From contig NMRA01000562.1 in assembly GCA_002633005.1 (NCBI GenBank), positions 46,206 to 110,205 on the forward strand: a DNA stretch of 64,000 bases, read 5' to 3'. This DNA comes from Phoronis australis (Eukaryota > Animalia > Phoronida). The translations under genes were made by a program, and so were the position numbers. This document shows, piece by piece, positions 52,101 to 64,000 of this stretch (within the stretch, counting starts at the first letter, position 1; every line of letters begins with the position of its first letter). The notes beneath the pieces were generated by a model, which saw only the letters and a list, made by a program, of their open reading frames with translations, searched no databases and was not told the DNA's origin.

Positions 52101-55100
52101 CCATGAGCAATATAACACAATACACGGGTATAAAAATTTGGTGTTTAGGTTCCACGGAAAGGATTCTTGTGCGCTGTAATAGTTACTAAGGTGCGTGGTC
52201 ATTGTTTGTGGATACTTTGGGATTCCTCTTCTGTGGTCATTCTCGGGAAACCTGGTCGCATAGAGAACAATAGATTAGCATCTTCATTGTTCCCGTTGTT
52301 ATAATAAAGATATAATGACGAGCACTTATCGGCAACGGTCTGATGTACGCAAGGTTCTATATCCATGCGACCTGTGTTGTTATATCAAACAATGACACAA
52401 CAAAGGAATACAATGATAGGACCAATGGGCGAAAAACATGCGACGAGTGAAGAAATACCTACGAGGAAATTGCAAGGTATAACAACTGTAAATCAAAATA
52501 ACCTACATTTGTCGAGTTCATGTCTAACCCTGTTCACTGTGGAGGACATAATCGGCTTTTTACAAAATGGAGCCATGTATGGTATTTAGGGGTACTATAG
52601 CCCTAAGTGGTAAGTAGTAAAACGTTCAAAACATTCAGGAGGAACTAACTTGTTGCGAAATATAGAAGAACATGAAGGACAATCGGATTTTACGGTGCTC
52701 ACGCATCGATCTCAGATATATGAAAATTTCTCATTTTAGTACATTTGAGGTGCCAAAATGTATAACTAATAAACTGGCTGACAAAGTTTTTATTTTATGC
52801 AATGAAAGTAACACGTTTTATCAACATTTTGGCTAAGTTTCATTCTCATAGCAGTGGGGCAGATTTGGTACAGCAGTGTATTGAACACAACCTCAAAATG
52901 GCATAACGGGGGCAGTGTACTAAAACTACCAAATAAGGATGGTAAATCGGAATCGTGTTTCAAGACATCTGTGTAACAATCCATAGGCACCACTAAACAA
53001 TGCCAACTCAATAATAAATCAATAGCTTTCATTCAAGGGGAAATATAAACAGTTAAAACTGGACAGTTTTTATACCGTGAAAACATGGCTGCGAAGCCGT
53101 AAAATGTGTTTGAGCCTATAACTTTGGAAAAACGCAATATTTTGAGGAAATATTTTACCGCTGTTTCTAGATCCCATAGGACTACCTATGTGCCAAATTT
53201 GGTGAAAATTGACTGACCCCCACCTTGCCGCTGGATGGCTGGTGCTCTCGTGGACTAGTACTTAAGAGAAGTCGACGAAAAATATCAGGGATTTACTCGA
53301 CATTCAGCAACGTTTTTGATAACTGTGTTGGGTATATTATATTTAAAAATCGGTACACTAAATTAACAGTAGAATTTAAATGAAGTGCACTTAGACATTG
53401 ACTCGTTTTCACGTTGATAGACAGTGACTAAACACACAATTAAATAGCCATGTTTAATAGTCAGTGAATACATGTCTGGATTTTCTGCTGAGGGTAAAGT
53501 AACATTCTCTTAGGCCAGTCCTCCAAGTTCGCAAATTTTCGTGTACGACTCATTACTATATGCACTACGACTGTCGTGAAAGTCCTCATAGGCTGTGCGA
53601 GTTTATAGCGCAAACAAATCCGTGTCGGAGCACATGCATAAACATTTCTATCACACACAATATGTCCAAACAAAATTAGTGGGAAGAACCACTGAGATTT
53701 CGAATATTCATTAAAGGGATAGCTGCAGTCACCACTCAGCTCACGCGCAACTCACCTGTCATGCATCTGCCTCGTGCTCTCTTTGTACATAAATGTGGAC
53801 TACATGCACGTTTCGACTGAGCAGCTTTTGAACTAATCGTTTGATCACATCTCTTTTTATGGTCGACCCGATCTGTATGCTAACAAAAATACGCCGAACT
53901 ACCCTCCAGCTGTAGTCGTCGGCATAATGATATTTATTACCGACACGTGTCATTGCGTTGCTGGCATGCCTTACATTGTACATGTATTTCCTCATTCGCG
54001 GCAGAAATCATTGAAGTGTATCTTTTATATTGTTTTATAGTTTATTTCTTTAGAAGGCATGCAGTTTCTTAATACGTCATTCAATAAAAGATAAATACAC
54101 AAAACGTACCGAGAGTGGCGTACATGAAGTAATATCCCACTCGACCTTATTCCGCGTATCGACCGAGACCGGTACGCCAATCGACGTACGCTTTGTGTTT
54201 ATCCTATGCGCTTCGAATTCCCAAATTTCTTACATTTTTCAGTAGATTTTTCAAATACTTCATCTAGACTGTTCACATGGCGGATCACAACCTATATGTA
54301 TGTACTTGCTTGTTAGGTTTCTCTTGTAAAGGAGACAGTTTTAAAAGTAACGATTTATTTCTTGAAAAGAGGACGCAAAGATGAAAACAACGGCAACTGA
54401 GCAGTGAACTTGTAACATCTCCTGGAAATAGCTAAAAACAACAATATTTGACAAGTGAGAGACAGATTATTTCGTTGTCCGCTTTGCTTGAAAGAGCTAG
54501 TCCTCATCAGCCTCAGCCCCAAACGCTGATCGGTTTAGCCATTTGAGGGTTGGTGACCAGACATCCCTTCTGCGCCCTGATTGGACATAGGCAACGTTTA
54601 CTGTTCAGAAAAGCGACACAAGAAACTTCCAAATACTTGAATCTCGGAATATTAAAATGCCAGTTCTTGAAGATTCTTTTCCTTACTTCTTCGATGTTAT
54701 AAATTTGAGTATTTTTTCACTGAGAAACTAAACAAGATCCTCACGCAGATTTTACTTCAGTATTCTCACAGGCGACGTTGTTGCTTGCCATTCGTGATTC
54801 GGAATCAGAAGACACGATTTTTCTTGTTGGTTGAAAGGTACTTGAGTACTTATTGTCAGTGTGTTTTATTGAAAACACCATAGAAATTGTCCCTCTTTTG
54901 AATTCAAATACATCAAATTTTCAATGACCTAATTCTCAATTGCTGCATAAATACCGGTCACTTTCATTTTTTGTATTGTATTACAGCAAATTTCAGAGGT
55001 ATTACAACTTAATGTAATTTGTCATATTCCGGTGATTTCCGTGAAAATATGTCAGAATTTTGACAAGTAAATTTCTCATCATCAAATTTTAAACGGCTAA

Positions 55101-56012
55101 ACCTATCAGCGCCATCTTGAGTCTTGGGGACGAGGCTGAAGTTCCGTATAATTACAGCTTTGTGTTGCCCAAAATAATCATCTCGAGTATAAAGATTTGA
55201 AATAATTCGCTTTGGAAAATCGGTGCATAACAAGTTTTCTCTGTCTTTCCAGAAGCTGTGTGAACTTCATCTCGTATTCTAGGTCCTTTAGACAATCTGA
55301 AATCAAAAATATCCAGACACAGGCAAACAGAAAGTTATGAATAACAAAAAAAACTTAGACGCAGTGGTTCATATCACAGCGTTTCCATATTCCTCATTGT
55401 CACCATCAAGTATAATACAGTCAGTGCACAGATGCAATAACACATGTAAAAATACATAATCTATTACTTCACACCACAATGGCTAATAGGGTACCGAACA
55501 CCCAAACTTTACCACGAGTCTGGGAGACGTCAACTGTACTATCAGGTTTTCTGTCTGTCACATGTTTCGCTGTCTTTTTCTAATCGTGACTGACTCCGGC
55601 CAAGCGCCTTTGGCAGATGCCACACTTGTATAATGGCGTCTGGAAATTATTGGGAAGGGTTTAGCTCCGGAAGCTGAATGTTAGCGCTGTTAATTCAAAC
55701 ACGTGCTGCTGAAGGTAATATCTATTAAAATTTACGGGCTGTTTGTTAGGACTTGATGTAGAGACAAGGTACATGTAATTACATGTGTGTAGACCAGTAG
55801 CAGTGCTTGAAAGGGTGCCTATAACACAATCTTATTTAACCACTGCAGTAGGCTGGTGGTGCACTCAAACTTTCCCTTCATGTGAACACCACATATGCAT
55901 TACAAAAATTGCGACGTGTAACAGAACACTTGAAACGCCTCGAGGGTTTCATAAGCCTCGAATTGCAAATGCAACCGTGTAATAACCCGTTTAGTTATCT
56001 CACTTGGCGGGA

Positions 56013-56086
56013 AACCGAGGCCGGTTCGGAACCCGGGCCTCAAGAGTTTCGGGTCGCCGATTTTACCACTTCACCATTCAGCGGCT
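56013..56086 (-). mobile_element. tRNA-derived SINE head (Pol III A/B boxes); not a functional tRNA
   Basis: Minus strand agccgctgaaTGGTGAAGTGGtaaaatcggcgacccgaaactcttgaggcccgGGTTCCGAACCggcctcggt: good A box and degenerate B box at tRNA spacing, but no proper anticodon stem. Confidence 0.5.
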
Positions 56087-58120
56087 GACGTCATCGAGCG
56101 TGAAAATAGAATACTTACATGTAAATGAGCACGCTCAATAATCCCATGTTCAACAAAGGGCATTGTATTCACATTTATACGCTATGAAAAATAAGACGCA
56201 TATTATCCATAAAAACGATATCTTAATTCAGTGAAATTTTTCTCTCATGCTATCTCACTTGTAAATCACCGATCTCCAATTTGAATGCGGGTATCGTGTT
56301 GTCGGGATCCTTTGACTTGAGAATTATACTCAGTTACCAATGGTAACCTACTTTAGCAGACAATAGTTTCCCGGCCGAAGTTTAGCGTGATCAAATGCGT
56401 TTTAAGCTAAAGTAGTTGGTAAACTTTAATTTATTAATTTACTTTATTTCTATTTTATGGAAATTTTCAATTGATTTAGAATAAAAACATTATTTGATAA
56501 AATAACTCGGGGATTTTGTGGAATTATCACCCTCGGGACTAACGTCCCCCGGACGATAATTCTTCAAAATCCACTCGGGCTCTAGATAACGGGGGATAAT
56601 GACTTCGCCATGTAGTAACCTATATTTAAATTGGCACATATGTTGAACAACAAAGAACAGCATCAGCTGAATCACAAACCTGAGATATCCACTTCTGGCA
56701 CCAGTGGTAGATGAAGATTATGCTACCACAGGTACCTGAGAAAAAATCCGGCTTGGTTTTCACAGACAAAATGTGGCTTTTTAAAACGGTTTAGCATGTA
56801 ACTTAGACGTTGATTTTTTGATCTGACCACGAAAACTCGAGAATACGAAAATATAGTTTCATGAAAGACACGTGTAACTTCATTTCTCAGCATTTCTAGC
56901 GATGTGGAAAATAATTAAATTGCATAGAATTACGAAAATTAGTATATAATTACAGTGTTCTGTTTATATTTAGAATAAGTTTTCATGCTGGAACAGCTTT
57001 ATTTTACTCGCAAAATAAAAATATTTGGAGTCTATGAGTTATGTTTGTCTCTCTTTGTAAAGGAAGATGGTACTTTGTGTGGTAGAATTGACAATGTCAT
57101 TTTAAACACTGGTTTGAGTGCCTGTGAAAGTTCACAAATTTGATGGGCTTCGTGGTACATTTTTGCGTTACCTCATCCAAAATTGAAGACGTCTAACGTT
57201 TGCACATAATTTCGCTATTCACATATTTTACTACAGCCTAGCTGTTTTAAACATCTTCAACATCTTTTCTTTACAGGGCTAGCCGTTGCCCGAGCCATTG
57301 GGCATTTATACTAAAAACTCCGCCATTTAAAGAACCATGCCTGTGAAGTTGAAGGCTTGTCGATCTTTGAAAATATACCACAGACAGAAGTAGCACAACG
57401 TCGCAAGATAGCTGAAGAAAGAAGAAATGCAACACATAGCACCGATTTTGCCCTTCATTAGCTACACTGCTTAAAGATGTTTTCTCAAGACTATGGGTTC
57501 TTGGAAATATTGAGAACCAGTCCGCCAGATGTCACTGTAGTTAGAGCGCCCTCACTCTTTGTTGTCTTCAATTTACATGTACTCTAGATGGTATTCAATA
57601 GTCTTTACAAACCAGGGCCTGAAAAATCAGGTCGAGTCAGACCTTTGCTTTCCCGTTCCATTTCACAACCACGATAAAATCACGTCTGAACATTTTTGGG
57701 TGTGTAATATTTGACCCATTCGATGCATTAAAGTTTAGACTTTGTCCGTCAAAATGCATAATCATTTAATCGAAAAAGCTCCTGTTGCGAATGTATCGTT
57801 TACTTTCAAGGACTTGTACTTATGCCGTCGTTTAGCCCTTTATTTAATTGATAAGTACACCGTCCGAAGTATTAATTTCCCAAGCTCGATCTTTACTTCA
57901 AACCAGCGTTCAAAATACACACTGCCACGGTGGCCTGGGGCCAGTGGGTTTGCGGCCAGTCCAGTAAACTTTCTCATATAGGCCCTACTTGGATGTTCAA
58001 GTAACTGGCCCGGCAGTCCAGCACATTTATTCCCTGAAGCTAATTGCTTTACATTGCAGAATTGTTTAAACTGGACAAGAACGATGCACTCGCTAGATGG
58101 TTGCGCTATGCAGTTCAAAA

Positions 58121-58279
58121 TGCCTTCCTCGTGTTAAGTAACGGTGGAACCTCGCTTAAAGGCTGGACATCACTAGATTACGTGATATATTGCCGTGTAT
58201 TTTAAAAGAGAACATGTGGCTTTGACTGGATCTTAGCTAGGCTCAGCGTAGGTCCTAGCGTTACTGAGCTCACGTCTGG
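58121..58279. mobile_element. Diverged inverted copy of the MITE at 32891-33045
   Basis: ttgccgtgtattttaaaagagaacatgtgg...aggtcctagcgttactga matches the reverse complement of 32891-33045. Confidence 0.75.
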
Positions 58280-59404
58280 TTACGTTACAAATGGGCTTGT
58301 GCTGAGGTCCGTCAGAATTGATTGCACCAGAATCAAACTACGCACTCGTTAAGGGCGCTAAGTCGACAGCACTGAGACCTTTATCACCAGTCAGCGAGGG
58401 CGAAACCTGAATAGAAGGTTGATCTGTCATTCTATTATTATCGCACGTAATCAGCCATGAACAGAATCACTCCTGGATCTGACTAAACACTCTTGCATCC
58501 ATTGCACCATCAAGAAATATATTGTCAGTTGAAGTATCATATTTCTAAAATATATGAACATGAAGATTAAACAAGTTGCACGCGTTCTCTGTTGTTTTTT
58601 CCTTAGGTTAGTTTTGGTTGTGTAAACAACAATATCATGCCTACCGCATCTGCCAAGGATACCGAAACAACACTCCCCAAACAGTACCAGTTACTGTAGG
58701 AAAGAGTTCTATTTATAGGTTTATTTTTCGTTTAAAGATCATTCTTAACTGATTTTTATACTGGAAAACTCTGGCAATATCTCCCAACGCCGTGCGACCA
58801 GTAACCCTCGCCTTATGTATCATTTGCATCCGACACATTCACACTCTATACTTACAGCTCTCACTTGCTACCTTAATCTTACGTTACCAAACAACGCCTC
58901 TGGAAAATTCCTGCTTAGTATCACCTATTCGAAACGCAGTGACTCTATTTAAGAGTACATTAAATGCAATCCATTACATGCTTGTACATGTAAGTCACTG
59001 TAATACATTACTACAGTACGTTGTATACTGTAACACTCTTTAACAAGCCCACAAAGAGACGGCCTCTTCTTTGAGCAACTAGAACAAATGTGAAGTTGCG
59101 AGACCTGAGAGTTCTGGGAGAGCGGTACTTTCATCTGAGACCGTCATTTTCTAAATTCGGCGCAAAATACAGATTTCCGCTAGTCTCGAGGCTGAATATA
59201 AGCCAGAATCTTGCCAACAAGGGCAAACATCGACTTGATACAGGACCACACTGTAACACGCGTGTAGGACTTTCAAATCCAAGAACGAGACTGTTTAATA
59301 TGGAATATATACGTCACTGAATAAACAAGGTGGAGTTCGGTTCAAAGTGTCGACTGCTTAGGATGAGAGTTTGTGTGAAGTTGCTAACCAGATGAGATCT
59401 TGTG

Positions 59405-59688
59405 CAGTGGCGGATCTAGGATACCATAAGGGAGGGGGCAACATGTTGCCTCGGAGAATTGGGTAAAGTGCAATTGTTTGCACAAACGGTCCATAAGTTG
59501 GGAGCTGTCGATGTGCACCTAGTGATCCCAAACGCCGGAGGACTAAAAAAGAACGGGAACTCGGTTCTGAAGCGCTGGGCCCCCCGTTGCCCCGTCCCTA
59601 GTTGGTGAACTCGATATTTCTTCACATGCTGTTGCTCTTTAATTTTGCATGCACCAGCCAAGGGGGGGGGGGCCTAAATTCGCCTATG
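59405..59688. mobile_element. CAGTGGCGGATC-family MITE with 5-bp flanking repeat
   Basis: cagtggcggatctagg ... cctaaattcgcctatg; ttgtg on both sides (59400-59404, 59689-59693). Confidence 0.65.
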
Positions 59689-60794
59689 TTGTGAGAGGGC
59701 TTGAGAGGGTGGTTCCCCTCAATCTTCAGTGCCATCTTCCCTTTGAAGTAGGCGTGACCTGAGATGCTAGGAATTTAATTTTGTAAGCAGTCCAGCACAC
59801 TGATTTAATTAGAATACAAAGAACTTCCTGGATGGATCAACAGCTACATTTTGTTATCAAATATAGACCCCCAACAGTTTTGTCTCTGACCATGAACAGG
59901 GCCAGACTGGTGAACAAACTGCATCATTAAGAAAAGGCATGGCAATAAGTACTGTCTAAAAATATTCACTGTAGCAAAGACTAATGGTCCTCTGTTTTCA
60001 GTGTTTCCAACAAGTTTCAGCATTTCAAGTTGAAGCAGAATTAACACCGGCAGATATCACGGAATTACCTAGAAAAATTGTATACAAGAAACTGGTTGAT
60101 TATTATAATTGAACATAAAAACAATGCCGAAATCCTAAAATTAGTGTAAGTTAATTACACGCAAAATTAAATATTTGTTATGCTACCCTAAAATTATATC
60201 CAACTTAAGAGTATTAACTTTCAATAAAATTACGTAGTCTGTTTGAATTTGCCGAGACTGGAAACACTTTCTTTCATTATTGCTGGATTCGAAGAAGTTC
60301 TGAACTGAAGGTTAACTAACCTCTGACCTTTCTCTTGTATTCAATTGCTTCTGTGTTAAGACTTTCAGGTAAATAAGGGCTGCAAAAATTTATAAACAGA
60401 ATTACATAGATAGGGCATGTTTCCACACCAATAGTCACCAAAATTAGGTCCACTAGCAAAGATATCAACAAACTTTGATAAAATACAGTGATTCTGTTTT
60501 GAATGAGTCTTCACAAAGGGCGGGTCCGGGGTGGGGTGCAGGACCCCATGTTCCGTGGCCATAACTGGTTTTCAAAATGCGGGATCCGTGTACTACTATA
60601 CTATATCTGCCCTAAATTAAGCAGATAAGCAATACCACATAGGTTTTCTTCTTGTCACGCATTTTAACGGTGTCAGTGATTCAATGCATATTGTTATCAT
60701 CGCAGCAGTGTATAACAAAAATATTCAACTATCTATAAAGTTCCCGATGGAACGTTTTCAGTTGAATATTTTTAGCTTGCTCTCTACACATGTC

Positions 60795-63527
60795 TGTTGT
60801 GCTAAGATAGCGGTCGTTTTTATTGGGGATTGAAATAGTCATTTGGTTTGGAAAAACATTGTCATCCAAAAAACTGACGGGGCAACTAAACAATTGCAGT
60901 TGCGTGAATTGTGATTACGAGTCGACAGTCAGTCAAGAAAAAAGCTGGGCAATTATGGCTGTCTAATAAATTCACGAGTACTTGACGATTCACAAATGAA
61001 ACCCAGTTACCAAAAGCATCTTAAACAGTCACTTGGCATTAAGTTTGGTGGCCGACATTACAAGTATTGTCATGAAAATCTCCGTCCAAGAATTTGCGTT
61101 TAGCTGTCGTTCGGCATATCCACATGGGAAATCTTCGGCATTCCGTAGTTTTAAAGCGGAGTGTTGTGCGGAAGGAGCGTAGCGTGAATGCTTTTGGCGG
61201 AAAAGTTATCAAAACGTTTCCCGTACAATACGATTGTTCCGAAAAAAGCAGATGTTTGGTGACAGTGTCAGCAGGTTTGTAAACAGTTAGTAAAAGATCA
61301 TGTGGAATTGAAAAAGAGCAATATTAGTTATTGAAAACATTAACAGAGAGGCAAATTGACAAGGCATCGATGAAAATTTTCAAAGGTAATTGAAACAGGA
61401 ACTGCTGTACAGTACGTTCTGCAACTTTTTCAGTCTCAGATGTGTGGAGGGTAAAGAAAGGTCGGATGTCACCTTTGATGACAAATCAAAGAAGGAATTG
61501 CAAGTCATTAAAACGATTTTCCTGACATTTCGTGAACCCATGATATTTTATTTCGTAGGAACTTCTCTGGCAGCAACTTTTAATTTTTGTTTGAGTCTTA
61601 TCTATTTTTTTCGTGATTTATTGATTAACTTGTTTCTATATCCACATTTTGTGAGCATAAGTGCACATTGTCCTGACTTTTTACTTGGCTGGTTCTTGTC
61701 AATTCCATCTGTCTTTTAAAGCCACAGAATGACACGACTAAAATAGGTTTCCAATGAATCAGAATCTTGGCCCCTTGGTACATGTAAGTTACATAATTAA
61801 TACCTCTACTTTTTACATATTTGATTAAATACACGAACTTGCCAATGTCCCACGTAACATGTATGAATTTTTGGCGTCTACCCCTGAAAGATCTTTTGGA
61901 AGTTCACCTCGTCTGTCTGTGCATTTAATGAGAATGTGGCATCACCGCGTTCGATCGTAGTGCTCTGTCCTCTAGTCACACTTTAAATTGCCTGACGACC
62001 ACCTCTTTCCGCCAGAACACCTGAGTGATCCTTCTAGCATTAAACACTGTATATGACAATCTTTGATCAGACGATAGTCACTCTGACAGCTACCGCTCAT
62101 TTTCAGACGATCTGCACCCCTTAGTGCCAGTTATATTTTTACCTACTCTTTGTAATCTGCCATTCGATGTTTTTTAAATTCGGTAACTATATTTCAATTA
62201 ACGAAATGTGCTGCTCTAGTATCTACTTTAGCTAGTGCTAATTGGTCCCTCTAGAGGGAGTGTCGGGGTTGATGAACACCTGTTGTGACTTTTTTAAGCG
62301 TGTAATTTACGGTTGGGGGCTCATCGGCGTTGCGTGTTTAATTTGTTCAATTCTTATTCTAGACACTGGTCGGCTAAAGAAAGTGTCCAAAGTACAGTTG
62401 TTTCTCTTTTTTCTCCAGGAAGACGAGTTTGTCTTGGCGAGTCACTGGCTAGAATGGAATTGACTTTGTATTTAACCACCATGCTTCAACGGTTTGTCTG
62501 CACTGCCAGACAGCAGCCTCGTGCCTTCCGTCAGAGGTCGCCAAGGTTTCACGCGTATGCCTCACTCGTATTAAGTGTGCATAAAACGCAGGCCAAATTA
62601 CCGGACCTCAACAGATTATACCAATGTAGCTACATGTACATGAAGCCATGTTTAGGCTACAACTTTGAAAGATATAACGTTTTGGAAGCTGATGTTCGTT
62701 ACGGTGCTCATCTCAACATTTTATTTCTTATGTCTCTTTCCCACGAACACCGCTACGAAGACCTGTTTATCAATTCTACCACAACTCCGCATACCTTTCC
62801 AATGAACTGGCGGCATCGGAGTTACCCTGGCTAGCACTCTGATTTAAATACCGTGAGGTGTATTTGTATTATATTCACAAACTAATGGAGTCCAGATTAA
62901 TAAATATTTCCCAACATTTTTGATGAATAACTCTACGCTGATCAGTGTCAATCTCTATCGGATTATTTATTCCTTTACGTGAAATTGTTAACAGTTGACA
63001 ATGAAAGGCGTGGGTAAGAAGAATGTTTTGTTGAGTCTTGCGCAATTGACTTCGAGAGCTTTAATTTAGTTTCTACGGTGTGTTAAAGCATTGTTATGAA
63101 CACACTGAAGTCAAATGTAGTAAACAGTTACAATTTCGTCTGCTTCATCTCGAGATCCTTCAGATTCAGATATGAACAACATCCGCATGCATTATTGTTT
63201 GATTCAATATACTGTGGTACCTCAGTTCCACTTGTATCGCCGGAATTTGCAGATGCACGCAACTTCTGCTATCAGCCATTTTTGTTTGTTGTTTTCTCGC
63301 ATTTACGCAGTATATGACGCTGAAAGCGAGTTTCACGTATTACTTTACACTGTACGTGTCTTGATTTGGGCGCTTAACAAACGGGTGATCTTGTGTTGCT
63401 AAATCACTGCTATTACAATATGGTTAGCCCAATGTTGAGACCATAGAAAAGTATGGCGGGTCGCACAGATTTTCACACGGAAGGGAAACAGGAGGAGCTG
63501 AACTGCCGGAGACAAGCCAAGCACTAC
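60795..63527 (+). repeat. Segmental duplicate of the CYP-B last intron, last exon, 3' UTR and downstream DNA (31465-34489 plus 38127-38214)
   Basis: Long colinear non-coding similarity, e.g. acagaatgacacgactaaaataggtttccaatgaatc and gtctacccctgaaagatcttttggaagtt in both copies; the copies differ by substitutions and several large indels. Confidence 0.93.
62419..62643 (+). pseudogene. Orphan CYP terminal exon 'CYP-C' (pseudogenic)
   Basis: ttctccag|GAAGACGAGTTTGT.. = GRRVCLGESLARMELTLYLTTMLQRF. 2-bp deletion at ~62491-62492 and AAA>TAA relative to CYP-B; no upstream CYP exons recognised between 43.3 and 60.8 kb. Confidence 0.88.
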
Positions 63528-64000
63528 ATGACAGCAGAGGTCGCAACATCTCTTCCTGTGCTGGTCCCTAACTTTCAAATTTTAGCACAATTTTGCCATG
63601 ACGTATTTATGCTTTTGGCGACACGCAAGCTAACATTTACGCATACCACACTTTCCATAAGTTTAAGATAATTAAAAGTTATACTGCAGTAGGATATCAA
63701 TATTTCCGCGTGGTTGTTCTTGAAATCGTATATTCAAATAGCTAGAAACTAATACAGCATGCGAAATCCGATTCTCTCCTCATTGGTCTTCTTACACCTC
63801 AACTGAGAGATAGTAATGCATTATCAATCTGAGCATTTGCTCACCATTCAGTCTAGAAGTAAAAACTAAAACAGAATTGAAACTTAGATTGTAACATACG
63901 GATTTTTTAATTTTCCAATTAATTTAAAAGGGAAATGCGCACTTAGAATTTAACACATCGTCAAAACTGAAAAGTCACTAACTCACGAAAGATACTAAAC

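Noticed and set aside
56013-56086. Functional tRNA gene
   Set aside because: The cloverleaf cannot be completed (no anticodon stem, altered T-loop); kept only as a SINE head.
54420-60050. Scattered exon-like segments on the minus strand (e.g. ~56678-56735, ~57270-57412)
   Set aside because: Splice-like signals are present but frames contain stops and I recognise no protein family; needs RNA-seq.
62313-62834. 173-aa ORF as an independent gene
   Set aside because: Artefact of intron sequence plus the frameshifted CYP terminal exon running into the 3' UTR.
254-63671. The many other 60-120 aa ORFs in the track
   Set aside because: Mostly non-ATG starts, no motifs, and lengths expected by chance in intronic or intergenic DNA.

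Overview
AT-rich eukaryotic (invertebrate animal-type) genomic DNA with spliceosomal introns; no prokaryotic features, CRISPR or rRNA. The window holds an interleaved cluster of Toll-like receptor (TLR) and clan-2 cytochrome P450 (CYP) genes, in this order: TLR pseudogene (-, ~4.3-6.3 kb); CYP pseudogene 'CYP-A' (+, 7.9-16.9 kb); apparently intact 7-coding-exon 'CYP-B' (+, 26629-33395, 510 aa by my exon assembly); intact single-coding-exon TLR (-, 40634-43285, 883 aa); and a partial duplicate of the CYP-B 3' end ('CYP-C', ~60.8-63.5 kb). Introns and spacers carry many decayed mobile elements: a Penelope-like retroelement with a degenerate hammerhead, a hAT transposase relic, a double-headed THAP/Kolobok element, Harbinger-, hAT- and Helentron-type non-autonomous elements, and a tRNA-derived SINE head. 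The most notable observations are TA-to-TACATGTA footprint-like insertions visible between paralogous copies, a gene-conversion-like tract between the CYPs, an atypical TIR domain shared by both TLR copies, and the TLR/CYP interleaving. All alignments and counts were done by eye; no database searches were run. I found no clear evidence of a wholly new biological system.
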